Shown piece after piece: positions 39,001-51,698 of a stretch of DNA of 64,000 nucleotides. The DNA comes from Eledone cirrhosa (lineage: Eukaryota), in assembly GCA_964016885.1 (NCBI GenBank), contig OZ024741.1:57288001-57352000 (forward strand), given 5' to 3'. The number at the start of each line of letters is the position of its first letter. Within the stretch, counting starts at the first letter, position 1. The position numbers and the translations under genes are program-made. Below the pieces are notes generated by a model. It did not search any database. It was not told the DNA's origin and was given only the letters and a program-made list of their open reading frames with translations.

Positions 39001-39770
39001 TGCCACTGCTAGCTGCAAAAGGCTTCTCCCTCAAAATGAAAGGCAGACTGTATGATGCGTGTATCTGAACAGCAATGTTACATGGTAGTGAGACCTGGGC
39101 GCTGAAGGTGGAAGACTTACGTAGATTAGAGAGAAACGAAGCCTGCATGCTCCGATGGATGTGTAATAGTAATATACGCGAATGACAAAGCATAAATGAA
39201 TTGAGAGAGAGACTGAGCATAAGAGGAATCAAATGGTGTGTGCAGGAGAGGTGGATGCGTTGCTATGGGCATGTGATGCGTATGAAGGATGACAGCTGCA
39301 TAAAAAGGTGCAGAGCACTAGAAGTCGATGGAAACCGCGGAGTGGGGAGACCCAAGATGAGGTGATAAAAGCCGACCTTACCCAATTACACCTCTCAAAG
39401 GCGATGACACACGACCGTGACCTCTGGCGTCACGCAGTAATACAGAGTACCCGACCTCCCAGGGGGACAAGCTGAAGCATATAGACAATATGCCCCCACA
39501 CCCTCCCACTGCAAGGTGGTCGTGGAGGTGCCACGGCAAAAAAGCACCCAGCCCACACTGTAAAGTGGATGTGTAGGCGCCATGGAAAAAGCACCCAGCA
39601 GTCACTATAAATGAGGTTGGTGTTAGGAAGGGCATCCAGCTGTAGAAATCAAGCCAAATCAGTTCCTGTATGAGCAAGGCATGGTCAGCCGACCAGACAC
39701 TGCCCACAACAGGACAACCTGTCTAACCCATGCTAGCGTGGAAGAACGGACGTAAAACTGATGATGATGA
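36027..39770 (+). mobile_element. near full-length RTE-clade LINE (APE endonuclease, RT, PHD-like finger), disrupted; 3' end is SINE 3' half + tail B
   Basis: ORF from 36315: CVQETRW, YAPQ, AGDFNGHVG, SQIDFIL, QGSVLSPLLF, YADD; stop at 39473. Same family as 10822-13208. The 5' boundary is uncertain. Confidence 0.95.
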
Positions 39771-40967
39771 TCAGTCGATCAACAAGATCCCAGACCTCAT
39801 TCGCTTAACGAGTTGGGTGAAGCTCATCAAATCGGACTGAGAAAACAATTGCTAATACTATCTACTAATATGAGCACTCGATGCACAGCAAAGTGTATTT
39901 AAGAAAAACGAAGTTTTGTTTACATGTATTTGTTTTGTGTATCGATCTGTTACATGTGTTTCACAAAAGATTGGCTCATAGTTGCCCATGGAAGTTCTAG
40001 TGGTTGTTTCTAATAAAACTAATTTCCATAGGGTTCAGCTAGTTTATAGTATCATTATCTAGTAATTAACACAGTCCTTGAACAAGACACTTTATTTCAT
40101 CTTGCTCTAGTCCACTCAATTGCCAAAAATAAGTTGTACCTGTAGTTTATAGGGCCAGTTTTGTGACGCACGGCCATGCTGAATCTTCCTGAGAAATATA
40201 TAATGGATACACATGTCTGTGGAATAGCCATCCACTTATTAATTTCATGAGCAGGCTATTCCATTGATTAAACAAGTGGAGCACTTGTCATCGGAACTGA
40301 TGGAGGTTCAACACAACTATCTAATCCCCACGGTTTAGGTTGTGTCATTCACCTATTTTGAAGGTGAAGACAGTTGTAGAGTAGTAACATTGATTAAGCA
40401 GCTGATAATCAGTAGCAGCCATTCTGTCAGTTAATCATCATCATTGTTTAACATGCTAGTATGGGTTAGATGGGTTGTTCCATTTGAGGCAAGTATGGTC
40501 AAGTTTTTACAACTGGATGCCCTTCCTAACACCGACAACATTTACAGTGTAGGCTGGGGGCTTTTGTCATGATACCAACACAACCACTTTACAGTGTAGA
40601 CTAAATCAGTGCTGATAATCAGCCATTTTGGTTTTGGAGTAAGAAAACCACATATGTGACAAAGAAATTTTGGAAACATTGGATTCAGCCTTTTAAAATA
40701 TTGTTAAATATTAATACTGGCCCAACCAAAACTAGTTCTAGTTTTATCAACCAGATCCACCCATTTTAAAGGGTTCCTATTTAAATTAAAATCTTCCAAC
40801 ATAATTTAATATAAGAACCACATGTTAAGTTACTATTTTAGTAATGAAATAATTAATAATTTTAGTAAATCTCTCAAAATTCTTCATTAATTCATTGAAA
40901 TACAGTGTATTTCATTAGAATACAGTTAATGATAATATAATAAATTTATTATTTTCTCTTTCTTCAG

Positions 40968-41151
40968 TGGTTACAACACCCCAACCCGTGGTCATGTGTC
41001 TCCGACTCGTACCAAGCCTGAAGCTGTGGAATATCACAACAAAAATAAATACTCGGAAGTCGGAGCTATTATTAGAGGGGATCCTTTGCCAGCCACACCC
41101 AATAGTAGGAAGACTACAAACAGAAATTTGGTACGCTCAGAAGAGTGGTGA
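40968..41151 (+). CDS. last coding exon (GYNTPTRGHVSPTRTKPEAVEYHNKNKYSEVGAII...RSEEW*)
   Basis: TTTCTCTTTCTTCAG| acceptor. Phase-2 continuation is open to TGA 41149-41151 and carries the seventh motif copy. AATAAA at 41530 and 41537. Confidence 0.85.
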
Positions 41152-43043
41152 TACCATTTCTGCAAGAATTTTTCATTGTGAAATCACTGAGTGGAGTGGA
41201 AATTGGCTTGTGAAATTTGTCTATTTCATGAGGACTTTTAATTCATTTTTTTAATGGTTGAAAAGATTAAAGATGTGTGTATGTATATATATTTATATAT
41301 ATATATACATGTACATATATATGTATGCATAGATATGTATGTGTGTGTGTGTGTGCATAGATATGTGTATGTATTTGCATAGATGTATGTATGTATATGC
41401 ATAAGTGTATGTACATGTATGTATAAATACCAATAGTAATGTAAGAGTGTGTATGAATATGTATGTGATAAGGGTTTTTGCCTTAATATTTGTAAAAAAA
41501 AATGTTATAAGTACATTTGTACAGTTTAAAATAAATAATAAAATTAACCATACCAATGCACTCATAATGAACTACACAACGTTCTCACAACTGATAAGAC
41601 AACACACAACACATATAACACTACATAATGTAAAGGCTTGTGTCGTAGTGGTTAGGGTGTTGGACTCACAATCATAAGGTCGTATGTTTGATTCCTGTAC
41701 TGGGTAATGATGTTTTATGTCTTTGAGGAAGACTTCTGTCCACCGCTCATGAGGGTCACCACAGCAGCTAGAGAGTTAACTTCTGCAATGGACTAATGTC
41801 TGGTCTAGGACGTGGCTGGGGCCTGCCTCGGTTACTAAAGCATTTGAGAAACCTCCTGAGATGCCACCACATAGGTCAGCTAAACCTACATAAGTGTGAG
41901 ATGTAACAACAATAGATTACATAATATGCAAAACAGACAACACATAGGTATGTAACTATAGCACATACTAGGCTCACAGTGCACAAGGTTACACATACAA
42001 CGCACTAGCTTATACAGCTATAACACAGTTACACACCATACTAAGTTACATAGCTATAACACAGTTACACAACACTAAGCTTTGCAACTATAAAATATTG
42101 AGTTACACAACACACTAAGCTACACAGCTATAACACATAGTTATACAACACATTAAGTTAGAATCACAGAGAAGAAAGGAAGACTAACATTACAAAATGA
42201 AGTGTTCAAAAGAATAATCATTGGTAGGTTTACACCAAAAATTAGTTGTTTTTTTTTTTTTTTCATTACATTATTTCATCACTTCAAAGATTTCAACAAT
42301 GATCTGATCACAATGGCTATTGTGGAAACTTTACTATTTTTTTTTATGTTTGAGAAGTTGAGAATTTATAATGTTCACACTGAATTTATATTCACATTTT
42401 ATGTATTTGTGCAGATGGTGGCTGTTAATTATTATATTGAAATAGTTGTATTATAATATGATAGTTCATTAATCTTTTGGATACCTAACCACCTTGGTTC
42501 TATGATACTAAGCTGTTATAATTTTATATTGATCCAGAAATTTTCCTTCATAATTTTATGTAAGTACCTTTTTAGGTTATGTTCCAAACACTAGCTTCTT
42601 CATGCCAACTCTTTTAGTTACCTCTTACAACACATAGGGATACAATATAGATATTTTAAACTGGATACATACATTACATATAGTCGCATACAAGTGTTTT
42701 TTGGCCATTTTCCCTGCTAAGGCAAAGGTTAACCTTGTAGGTTCGCTCAAGGGGTCTTTTTTGAGGCAGTGTTTTACAGCCAGATTCCTTTACTGGTACT
42801 AGCACTTTTAGTTACCTCTTATGACACACACGGATACAGTGTACTTGTTCCAAACTGGGTACACACAAAAGGTATTATAAAACAGAAGCCAAATTAAATT
42901 TGTGACAGTGGGACTCCTTCATTGTGAAGTAAATATGTGTTGAGGTTTTAACTTCTTGCCTCTTATTTAATTGGATATGGTGGGAGGTGGGGTTCCTAGT
43001 TTATCTGACATGTCAACATCATTAAATTTCGTTGTTTTTTTTT

Positions 43044-43076
<33 letters not shown>

Positions 43077-44420
43077 CATTGTTTGTTTTTCCTCAAAACA
43101 ATTTTTATTCTCTCCTAAAATGATGTATATAGTGTTATTCTGTATTGTCACTAGATCTAATAATAATAACTGAATTGCTATAGATCCCAATCATGAAAGT
43201 GCCCTAATCTGTATGTAATACCCTTTTGATACCAACCTGGCTAAAACCATCTTTAGTTCTATGAAACAAAGACACATTTTAATGGGCTAAAATCTTCCAG
43301 CATAATTTTATATTATATATGTTAAACTACCTTTGTAATGAAATAGTTAAGTTTTAGTAAATCTCAAAATCCTTCATTAATTAGATATACCATCATAAAA
43401 AGGTTAAGAATTTTTATGCCAACCAAGCCAAAACTGCCTTTGGTTCTATGAAACAAAACCACCCATTTTAAAGGGTTCTTATTTAAATTTTAAAATCACA
43501 TTTTATATAAGAACCATTTGTTAGGTTATTGTCTTCGTAATGAAATAATTTCAGTAAATCCCTCAAATGAAATACAGGATAATTTTATTAGAAATGTAGC
43601 ATTGAAAGGATTTGTCATTACCATTTAACGTCCACTTTTCCTGCTAGCAAGGGTTGAACGGGTCTTCATGGACTGAGTCAGTACTGAAGCAGGGCTACTG
43701 ACCTCCCAGACATGCCGGGGGTTTGCATCTTGCTTACATAAAGTACCATGTTGTACTGAGTACAATTTATCATGGCATCAGTATTAGAGAAGTCCTCCAA
43801 ACCCTTTGTTTAGCAAGCTTTCTACTGCTGCATGCCCTAATTGAATCTTTATAGATTCCAATCTTGAAAGTGCCCTTACTTGTATGCAGTACCATTAACC
43901 CATTCATGACAGTATTTCTAATGAAATACACTCTAATTCTAAAATATGGGTGGTGGAAGCATCAGCAGAAATTCTTAAACCTTTACAACTGTTTAAACAA
44001 CACTTGGTTAATTTACAAAGTGCTGGGAAATTTGAAAATATAGTTGCCATAATGCGGGTAGCTATAAATAAAAGTTGAATAATTTATGTGGACAGAAACA
44101 CCTTTTCTGTCACCAGACATACTTATTTAGAATTATCAACTATTATTATAGTTAACTACATTGTGGTGACTATATTTTTAAAAATCTTTTAATTGTATTT
44201 TTTTACTAGCATAACTCTCCACTGATTTTTATTATTATTTTTTTTTTTACTTTCTTTGTGAGGGCCACTTACAACATTACTAACTCTGTCTTGTACCACA
44301 TAAAAACGCAATAGCAAGGTAAAAATAAAATAGCAATGAACTTTCTAATGTAAGAGAGATAACTCTATTATGTAATATATCAACAACATTGCACGTGAAA
44401 CATTTTTAGCTTAACTGACT

Positions 44421-44690
44421 GCAGGGGGTCACAAACACGCAGCCTGCTACTACTTTTCTATGGCTTGCAGCAGAACAAAGACAGATTTGAAATGGTAAAT
44501 TTGTACTAATTCACATATCCCACTTACTACCATGTGTGTTTATTTTGATAGGAAAAAATAAATAGTAACCTAGTAGCTATATTGGCATTATAACTGGTTG
44601 AAATCACACCTCTTTATCTCACTTTTGGCCTGCTGTGCCTCTTCCCAATGATGTAATATCCCTTTTGAGTCCTTGAATTTGTGACCCCTA
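44421..44690. mobile_element. probable hAT-type MITE
   Basis: CAGGGGGTCACAAA / TTTGTGACCCCTA termini; no clear TSD. Confidence 0.5.
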
Positions 44691-45373
44691 TATTTTATTA
44701 CGGATTGTGACCCCTTTACTTTATTACGGATTTTCACAACAATCTATCCACTCGTAATGAATTAACAAACCTGCTTTTAGACATTTTCAACTGAATCATT
44801 GTAGAATGTTAAGTTAATTTAACCGTTTTTCACTTTAAAAACAAAGGAATGTTTTCTCTTACTTTTTACCTATCTGTGAGTGGTGGATTGGCAAAACACA
44901 TGCTGTCAAATAATTTTCTTTGTGGCATTTGTCCCAGCTCTTTGTGTTCCGAGTTCAAGTCCTGCTGACTTAAAAGCCATTTTTTACCCATCTACACCCA
45001 AAATTTATTCAGAATGTCATTTCCCTTCTCTCTACTTCCAAATCTTTCGAAGTCTTGAACAAGTCTTCCAACCTTCTAAAGCCACAACTAATAAACCAAT
45101 AGCACCAATTGCCAAATAAAATGTACAAAACATTTTTGTTTTTTTTTTTAATTTTATTTTTCTATTTTATTTTCAATCCAAATAAAGAGCACACCAGCTG
45201 TGTTATGCATTTCCCATGTGTTTCTGTTATGTATGTTTTTATAATATCAACTAGTGAACCAATGACAGCAATAATGTTGAACATATTTAATTTTTGGAAT
45301 CAAGGTTTGGTATGCTGTATATAATCTAGGATTACTGAATATGAACAATCATACGAACAGCCTGCTTGTGAAT

Positions 45374-45545
45374 TTAAACCGCCCATATCCGGCCAGAATT
45401 CTCTTTTTCTGTTCAAACCAGCTGTAGCTGGCTGTTCACACTTAAGGTATTGTTCTCAAAATAAATATCAAAATCTTATAGATTTGATATTATGAGATAA
45501 CGTCTTTATAGTGAATATAGAGTAATGTAAATGCTAAAGGGTTAA
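45374..45545 (+). mobile_element. piggyBac-type MITE family A lacking left TIR, inserted in a SINE
   Basis: Starts TTAAACCG, ends AAATGCTAAAGGG-TTAA. Confidence 0.75.
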
Positions 45546-47424
45546 TGTATTAGTAACTGAGCATTTCACAAACAGAATGTACTCATTCTGAAAGAGATTC
45601 AGTGTGACATGGCTGGCTCTTTGAATTACAAATACAGTCCATCTAATGAGCTTTTAGTTTCCATTTACCCAATTTTACTCGCATGACATTAATACAACCA
45701 AGACTAAATAATGCTTGCCCAAGATGGCATGCAGTGGGATTGAACCCAGGACCTAATGATTGTGAAGTAAATTCATTAGCCATTAGTCCATGCAATGTCC
45801 ATTATAGATATTTAGTGCTCTGCTGAGTTGACCAATGCTGTCAATCTGAGAATAATAGCATTGAATGCATTTAATTTTTTGAGTCCAGTATTACTGTATA
45901 TTTAAACTCAAAAACTGGGAAACATGCATTTTGATAGATTAAGAAAATTAAAGTTTATGTGGATTAGTGACGCATGGAAGCGATTAAAGGTAAGTATAAT
46001 ATTTTGATATATTTCTAGGATATAATTACCAATGAGCATATACAAACGATGTACAGAATTATATGTGCAAGTAAAACGCACACAGCACAATAGTTGATTA
46101 ATATGGTTTTAACGATTGAATGAATTATCTCCCTTAGACCACTCATGTTTTACATATAGATAGATGAATGTATACACAAGCACTCCTGAAGATGCTACAC
46201 GTACCAATCACATGTAATCTATACATCTCGTTGTGCTAGACCAGTATTATTTCTATTGAACTGGAATATAAAAAAGAAAACATTGCAATGGGGTTGTAAA
46301 CATCCCAGATACTTTCCATATCACAGAAACTCAAATCACTACACATATTAACCTTTATCCTGGTCAAAACCACCCATTTCAAAGAGTATCTTACCATATT
46401 TTTAGTAAATCCCTGAAAAGTCATTACATAATTGAAATAGTGTATATCATTAGGTATACAGTCATTAAAGGATTGAGGAAATAATTTACTGTGCATTCAT
46501 CAGCTGGATCCTCACCAAACACCTCAATGTTTTGAGTTGTGATGCATTGGTTCCATGACGAAACTCATTCAAAAAACAACACACAATTACAAAAGACAAT
46601 CACAAAACAAAACGTGCATTTGCAAAACTCATGTACCTGCACAATAAAACAAAACCAAGAACTCTTGAGATGAGAGATAACAACTCTCAAACTTAGTGCT
46701 TGAGGAAGTTGGACATTTCATACTTAATGACCTAATACAACAGCATTGAGTAGTCAAATCAATGACATAACCTCAATTGTGTTAGTGTCAGGAATGGTAT
46801 TCAGCTGTAAAAATCATTAAAAAAAAGGAATTGAAAAGACTTTTCAGATTTGGCAAGAACACAACAATCTCTCTAGTTCTGTGTCCATAATAAAATGCAT
46901 CCATTATACTCTGAAAAAAGGATTGCTATTAAGAAACCCATCCAGCAGTAAGTCATTACAGAATCTTTGATTTAAGTATTGATTTTGTCTGTAAAGACTC
47001 ATACTAATGATGATGTCTGGCCCCTCACTTTTCCGACACATGTCAGCACACTAAGCCCTCCTCAAGTCCCAACAAATGCTAGGCTTCATATCTTTGATGA
47101 GCTCTCATGGTAACTCCATATGTTAAACTTCCATAAATGGATGCTAAAAAACTTGACCTTTTTCTTCACATCCAGAAAACACTTCAGCCCTGACAAATCA
47201 ATGAGTACCTATCATCTGTAAAAAAAAAAAAAAAAGAAGAAAACACCTTTGATCAAACAGGGTGGATTAAACTTGCATGAGGTCACTGGCTGAATTTTCA
47301 TAAGGGCCTTTGAGTATTATTTATGATAGTAAAAACATTGATACACTTTGAATATTGTGGGGACCTTGGCTACAGCATCTTGATCCACCACTGTTGATCA
47401 CAAGTCTTCTCAATCAGGGCTCAC

Positions 47425-47618
47425 TTAACCCTTTAGCATTTACATTACTCTATATATACTATTTTATTTTTATGGTAAAGTCTTTATCTCACATAATATC
47501 GAATCTGAGATTGTGATATTATTTATTTTGAGAACTATACCTTAACATCAGTATGAGTGGCCAGTTTGAACTGATAGGGGTGAGAGAATTATGGCTGGTT
47601 GAAATGCTAAAGGGTTAA
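47425..47618 (-). mobile_element. piggyBac-type MITE family A between two copies of a ~150-bp tandem duplication
   Basis: TTAA-CCCTTTAGCATTT ... AAATGCTAAAGGG-TTAA; flanks 47281-47428 and 47629-47772 are duplicates. Confidence 0.9.
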
Positions 47619-47863
47619 AGTTGTATTAGGTCACTGGCTAAATTTTCATAAGGGCCTTAGAGTATTATTTATGATAGTAAAAACATTAATGTGAAACACT
47701 TTAAATATTGTGGGGGGCTACAGCACCTTAATCTACTTCTGTTGACAGTCTTCTCAATCAGGGCTCACTTAAGTCTTTAGAACAATGTCAGCTCTGATAT
47801 TCTAGAAAATTTGGATGTGACCTACAATGGAATGTTGTTCACAGATCTAGAACATGGACATTC

Positions 47864-48082
47864 TGTGGGTATGGTGTGGTGTGTTGTGGCCGGAAGCGAG
47901 GGAGTGCTCGACCGGAAGGGCCAGCAGAGGGCCTCTCTAGTGGTGACCAGCAACGGTGTGGACTCGAGTTTGTGCAGTTCCCGGTGTTAAGCACTCGGAC
48001 GCACGTGGAAGAGGAGTAACCTGCAGTGGAGTTTAGCGGCGCCTATGAAAAGCGGTAAGTGAGATAGCTTTTTCTAACCACA
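47864..48082 (+). repeat. 5' LTR (219 bp)
   Basis: Matches 51699-51949 except for two missing 16-bp U3 repeats and scattered substitutions. Confidence 0.93.
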
Positions 48083-48094
48083 AGCTATTTCGGT
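48083..48094 (+). promoter_or_regulatory. non-canonical primer-binding site complementary to nt 1-12 of tRNA-Phe(GAA)
   Basis: AGCTATTTCGGT abuts the LTR. Its reverse complement ACCGAAATAGCT matches the animal tRNA-Phe 5' end GCCGAAATAGCT (11 Watson-Crick pairs + 1 G:U). Confidence 0.7.
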
Positions 48095-48865
48095 ACTGGA
48101 AACAGATCTGATTGAAAAAATAAAAAATAAAAAGCTACTGGAAAAACAGAGGAGTCTGTTGTTTTTTTTTATCACGTACCGCAAGACAAATCAGAGGATG
48201 GCGACAAGACTACGAACAAGCGAAGCTATCAGGGCATTTACCGGGGAAGGTGATGTTGTCGCTTGGCTGCAGAAAGTTCGGCTGGTCGCAAGCTTGCAGA
48301 AGATAGATGTGGCTGGCCTCATGGCACTACCTCATGGGGGACGCGTTGGTACTCTTCCTTGAGTTGGACGAACACAGCCACAGAGATGCACAAAAGATTG
48401 AGAGGCGCATGATAGATGCATTCGCGGAGGGACCGTTAGCCGCTTTCGCTAAGCTGGCGAGAATTAGATGGAATGGTGAGCGCGTCGATATTTTTGCAGT
48501 GGAAATACGGCAATTGGCTATGTTGGCTGGATATCAGGTGGAATGCGAACGCACGGTGCGGTTGGCGTTCATAAATGGATTTCCAGACGACATAGCGGTG
48601 AAACTGCAGCAAGTCCCGGGTTACAAAGAAATGGAAATGCGTTCAGTGGTGGAACAAGCCCGGATCATAGCAGAAGATGCCAAGAAGAGTGTTGTGGCGA
48701 TAGCAACTACAGAGGCTCAAGACAGCTGGCAGCGAAATGGTGAAAGGGAGGCAACCACGGCAGAGGTCGCTGTTTTCGGTGCTAGGGCCCACACAGAGAG
48801 TCAAGGCCGGAAATAACATGCTACCGGTGTAAGCGACCAGGTCACATCGCTACTAACTGCGACCA

Positions 48866-48909
48866 GGGAAACGATCCAAGGGGAACTACTGCGGCGGTAG
48901 TTGCCCCTT
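48866..48909 (+). promoter_or_regulatory. -1 ribosomal frameshift signal between gag and pol
   Basis: G GGA AAC in gag phase, 5-nt spacer, hairpin AAGGGG-AACTAC / GTAGTT-G-CCCCTT. The -1 frame runs open into RALVDTGC. Confidence 0.8.
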
Positions 48910-49687
48910 ACGAGTAGCGGCGCTGCCCGTGGTGGAAGTCTTCGTGAGGGGAAAGCCACAGCGAGCCCTCGTGGACACGGGCTGTACGACGACACTGGTG
49001 ACCGCAGAGGTGGAGAGGGAAGAGCAGCGTAAGGGCAGTTGACGGCAGGAAAATTGAATGCCGAGGTCGCAGCGAGATGGAAATAGCGGTACGGGGAAGG
49101 AAAATAAGGCTTTCTGCCATCGTAGTAGACAGCGTGGTGGATGGGATCGGCGTGGTTATGGGCATTGACGCAATTGGCCATCTAGGAGTCATCACAGTGA
49201 ACAACGTCGGTGTGTTGTTTGGCGCCGCTGCATCGGTATGCGCTGTGAGTGCACGACAGGAGAACCAGAAGGCCCATGAGGAGAAATACCCCGTTTACAC
49301 TGTGCAGGACAAAGACTTCAAGGCCGTGTTCGATGGGCAGCGATGAGTTGTTGAGTGGTACTGGAAGGGAGAACCACCAACACTGAAGACCAAAGCTGCT
49401 ATCAACACACATTGAAGGGAAACATTAGGAGCGAGTTTGAGCGAGAGGTAGAGAGATGGATTGAGGAGGGCATACTGCTTCCCTGGAAGGAGGAGGTGAA
49501 GTGCGGAGTATTGCCATTAATGGCAACTCACGAAGAACAAGGTGAGGCCGGTGCTGGACTTTCGGGAGCTGAACGAGCACGTGTCATGCCACACGGGTGG
49601 CGAGGTCAATGATGTCTGGGGAAACCCTGCGTGAGTGGAGACGCATGACGGGGGGGTTCAGCAATCGTAGATCTAAAGTCGGCATAC

Positions 49688-50866
49688 TTGCAATTGCATA
49701 TAGACGAGAAGCTCTGGCAGTATCAGCTGGTCAGGTATAAGGGCCGGACATATTGCCTGACCAGGCTCGGTTTCGGGCTGAGCTCCGCACCGAAGATCAT
49801 GGTGGCGGTCCTCAAGACCATTCTGGGAAAGGCCGACAAGATGAAGAGGGTCACTAACTCCTATATTGACGACATCCTAGTGGACGAGTCTGTGGTGTCG
49901 GCGGCGGAGGTCACGAGCCATTTACAGGGGTATGGACTGGCTGCGAAGCCGTCAGAAGCATTGGAGGGAGGAGCTGCACTGGGACTTAGGCTACAGCCAG
50001 ACAGGACGGGCGTCTTGGTATTCCAGAGGGGAAACGAAGTTCCAGAACTGGGCCCAAGTATGAGTAGGCGGGAGCTTTTCTCGGTGTGTGGAAAGCTGGT
50101 GGGTCACTACCCGATTGCTGAGTGGCTCCGGACGGCATGCAGCTATGTCAAGAGACGAGCGGGAGGAGTGACTTGGAGTGACAGAGTGGGAGAGAGGACG
50201 GTGGCCATGATGCAGGAGATCGTGGGGAGGGTGAAGGCCGATGACCCAGTGCGGGGACGCTGGTATGTTCCCAAATCACAGAGCGGGACCATATGGTGCG
50301 ATGCCAGCAGCATAGCGCTGGGTGTCACGTTGGAGATAGGTGTTGAGGTCGAGGATGCAGCCTGGCTTAGGAAGAAGAACGACTGCAACCACATCAATGT
50401 GGCCGAACTGGATGCAGTGTTGAGAGGGGTGAACCTCGCCCAGAGGTGGGGACTGTGTACCATCGAGATACGCACTGACTCGGCTACTGTACTCGGATGG
50501 GTAAGATCAGTGCTCACCAGTGAGAAGAGAGTGCGAACGAGAGGGGCAGCGGAGATGCTGATAAAGCGCCACCTGGGAACTTTAGGAGAGCTGGCCACCG
50601 AGTTCGACCAGAGGCTGAGCGTAGTTTTCGTGCCCTCAGAGAAAAATAGGGCGGACATCTTAACTAGGGTGAAGAAAGCCTGGATGGAAGCGCCGGAGGA
50701 GGTAGAAGATGAGATAGCTGCCGTGTGTCGGCTGACCGAGTCGGATCTGAAAGGGTTGCATGACATGCACCTCATGGGAGTGGATAGGAGCCTGTTCCTA
50801 GCCAGGAGAATCGACTCGGACGTTAACAGACACAGTGTTCAAAGGGTGGTTAGAGGCTGTGTCTGA
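49688..50866 (+). pseudogene. largest intact pol segment (RT core + RNase H + start of integrase zinc finger)
   Basis: YCLTRLGFGLSSAP, NSYIDDILV, WCDASS, HINVAELDAV, TDS, NRADILTR. The integrase core continues after a TGA (50918-51415). Confidence 0.9.
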
Positions 50867-51698
50867 TGTCAGTCCATTGATCCCGCCCCGGGTGTACACG
50901 AAACGGGAAGCCTCCCGGTGGATCGTGACTGGAAGCGATTGGCGGTGGATGTAACGCACTACCGACAGGGAACGTACCTCTCGATGGTCGACTGTGGACC
51001 AGGACGGATGGTGATATGGAGGGAGATGAAGACTGGAACGGCCGAGGAAATCATGCGGACGTTGAGAGAGGTGTTCTTGGAGCGGGGTCCTGTGGACGAA
51101 CTGCTGTTGGACAACAGCGCAGCGTTCCGCTCGGAGGCACTGAGGGAGATGCTCGATGGATGGAAGGTGGACCGTTTCTTCAGAGCGGCGCACAGGCCGA
51201 GCGGGAATGGAATTGTGGAGCGACACCACCGGATGATCAAGGCAATGGCGAAGCGGGGCCATATCTCACCAATGGAGGCAGTGTTCTGGTACAACATGTC
51301 CTCTCGGGTGGGACAGGTCGAGGAATCGGTGCCACACAGAGCAGTATTCAGATACGAGTGGCACGCCACCGCAACGGCCAGTGGGGAGAGAGAGTGCATT
51401 TGTGCAGGTGGGTGAAGAAGTCTGGGTTAAGCCCCCAGATGCATGTTGCTCATCTCAATGGGGAAGGGGAACGGTGACGGCCGTAAATTCACAGAACAAT
51501 GTGTCCTTGGACGGAGTACCACGTCATGTCCTGGATGTACGTAGAATCACTGTGTCAACGGACTCCGAGGAAGAGGAAACCCAAAGTGCTGCCCCAACAC
51601 TGCGGAGATCGCAAAGAAGTCGTAAACCACCAACCTGGACAGCAGACTTTCATATGCAGAAGGACGAGGGGAAATTGATCCTTGAGATCAGGGGGGCG

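Noticed and set aside
40967-41254. Listed 95-aa ORF
   Set aside because: Wrong frame. The phase-2 spliced frame ending at 41151 carries the protein's repeat motif.
46186-46230. CTGAAGATG hammerhead-like start (also 61178-61240)
   Set aside because: Second core box or stems missing; too degraded to call.
48088-48097. PBS region as a sense copy of the tRNA-Phe 3' end (TTTCGGCACC)
   Set aside because: The similarity follows from acceptor-stem symmetry. The match extends through AGCTA only as the complement of the 5' end.
50143-51399. Long antisense ORFs in the LTR element (also 11557-12081, 56426-57978)
   Set aside because: Shadow ORFs of GC-rich retroelement coding strands.
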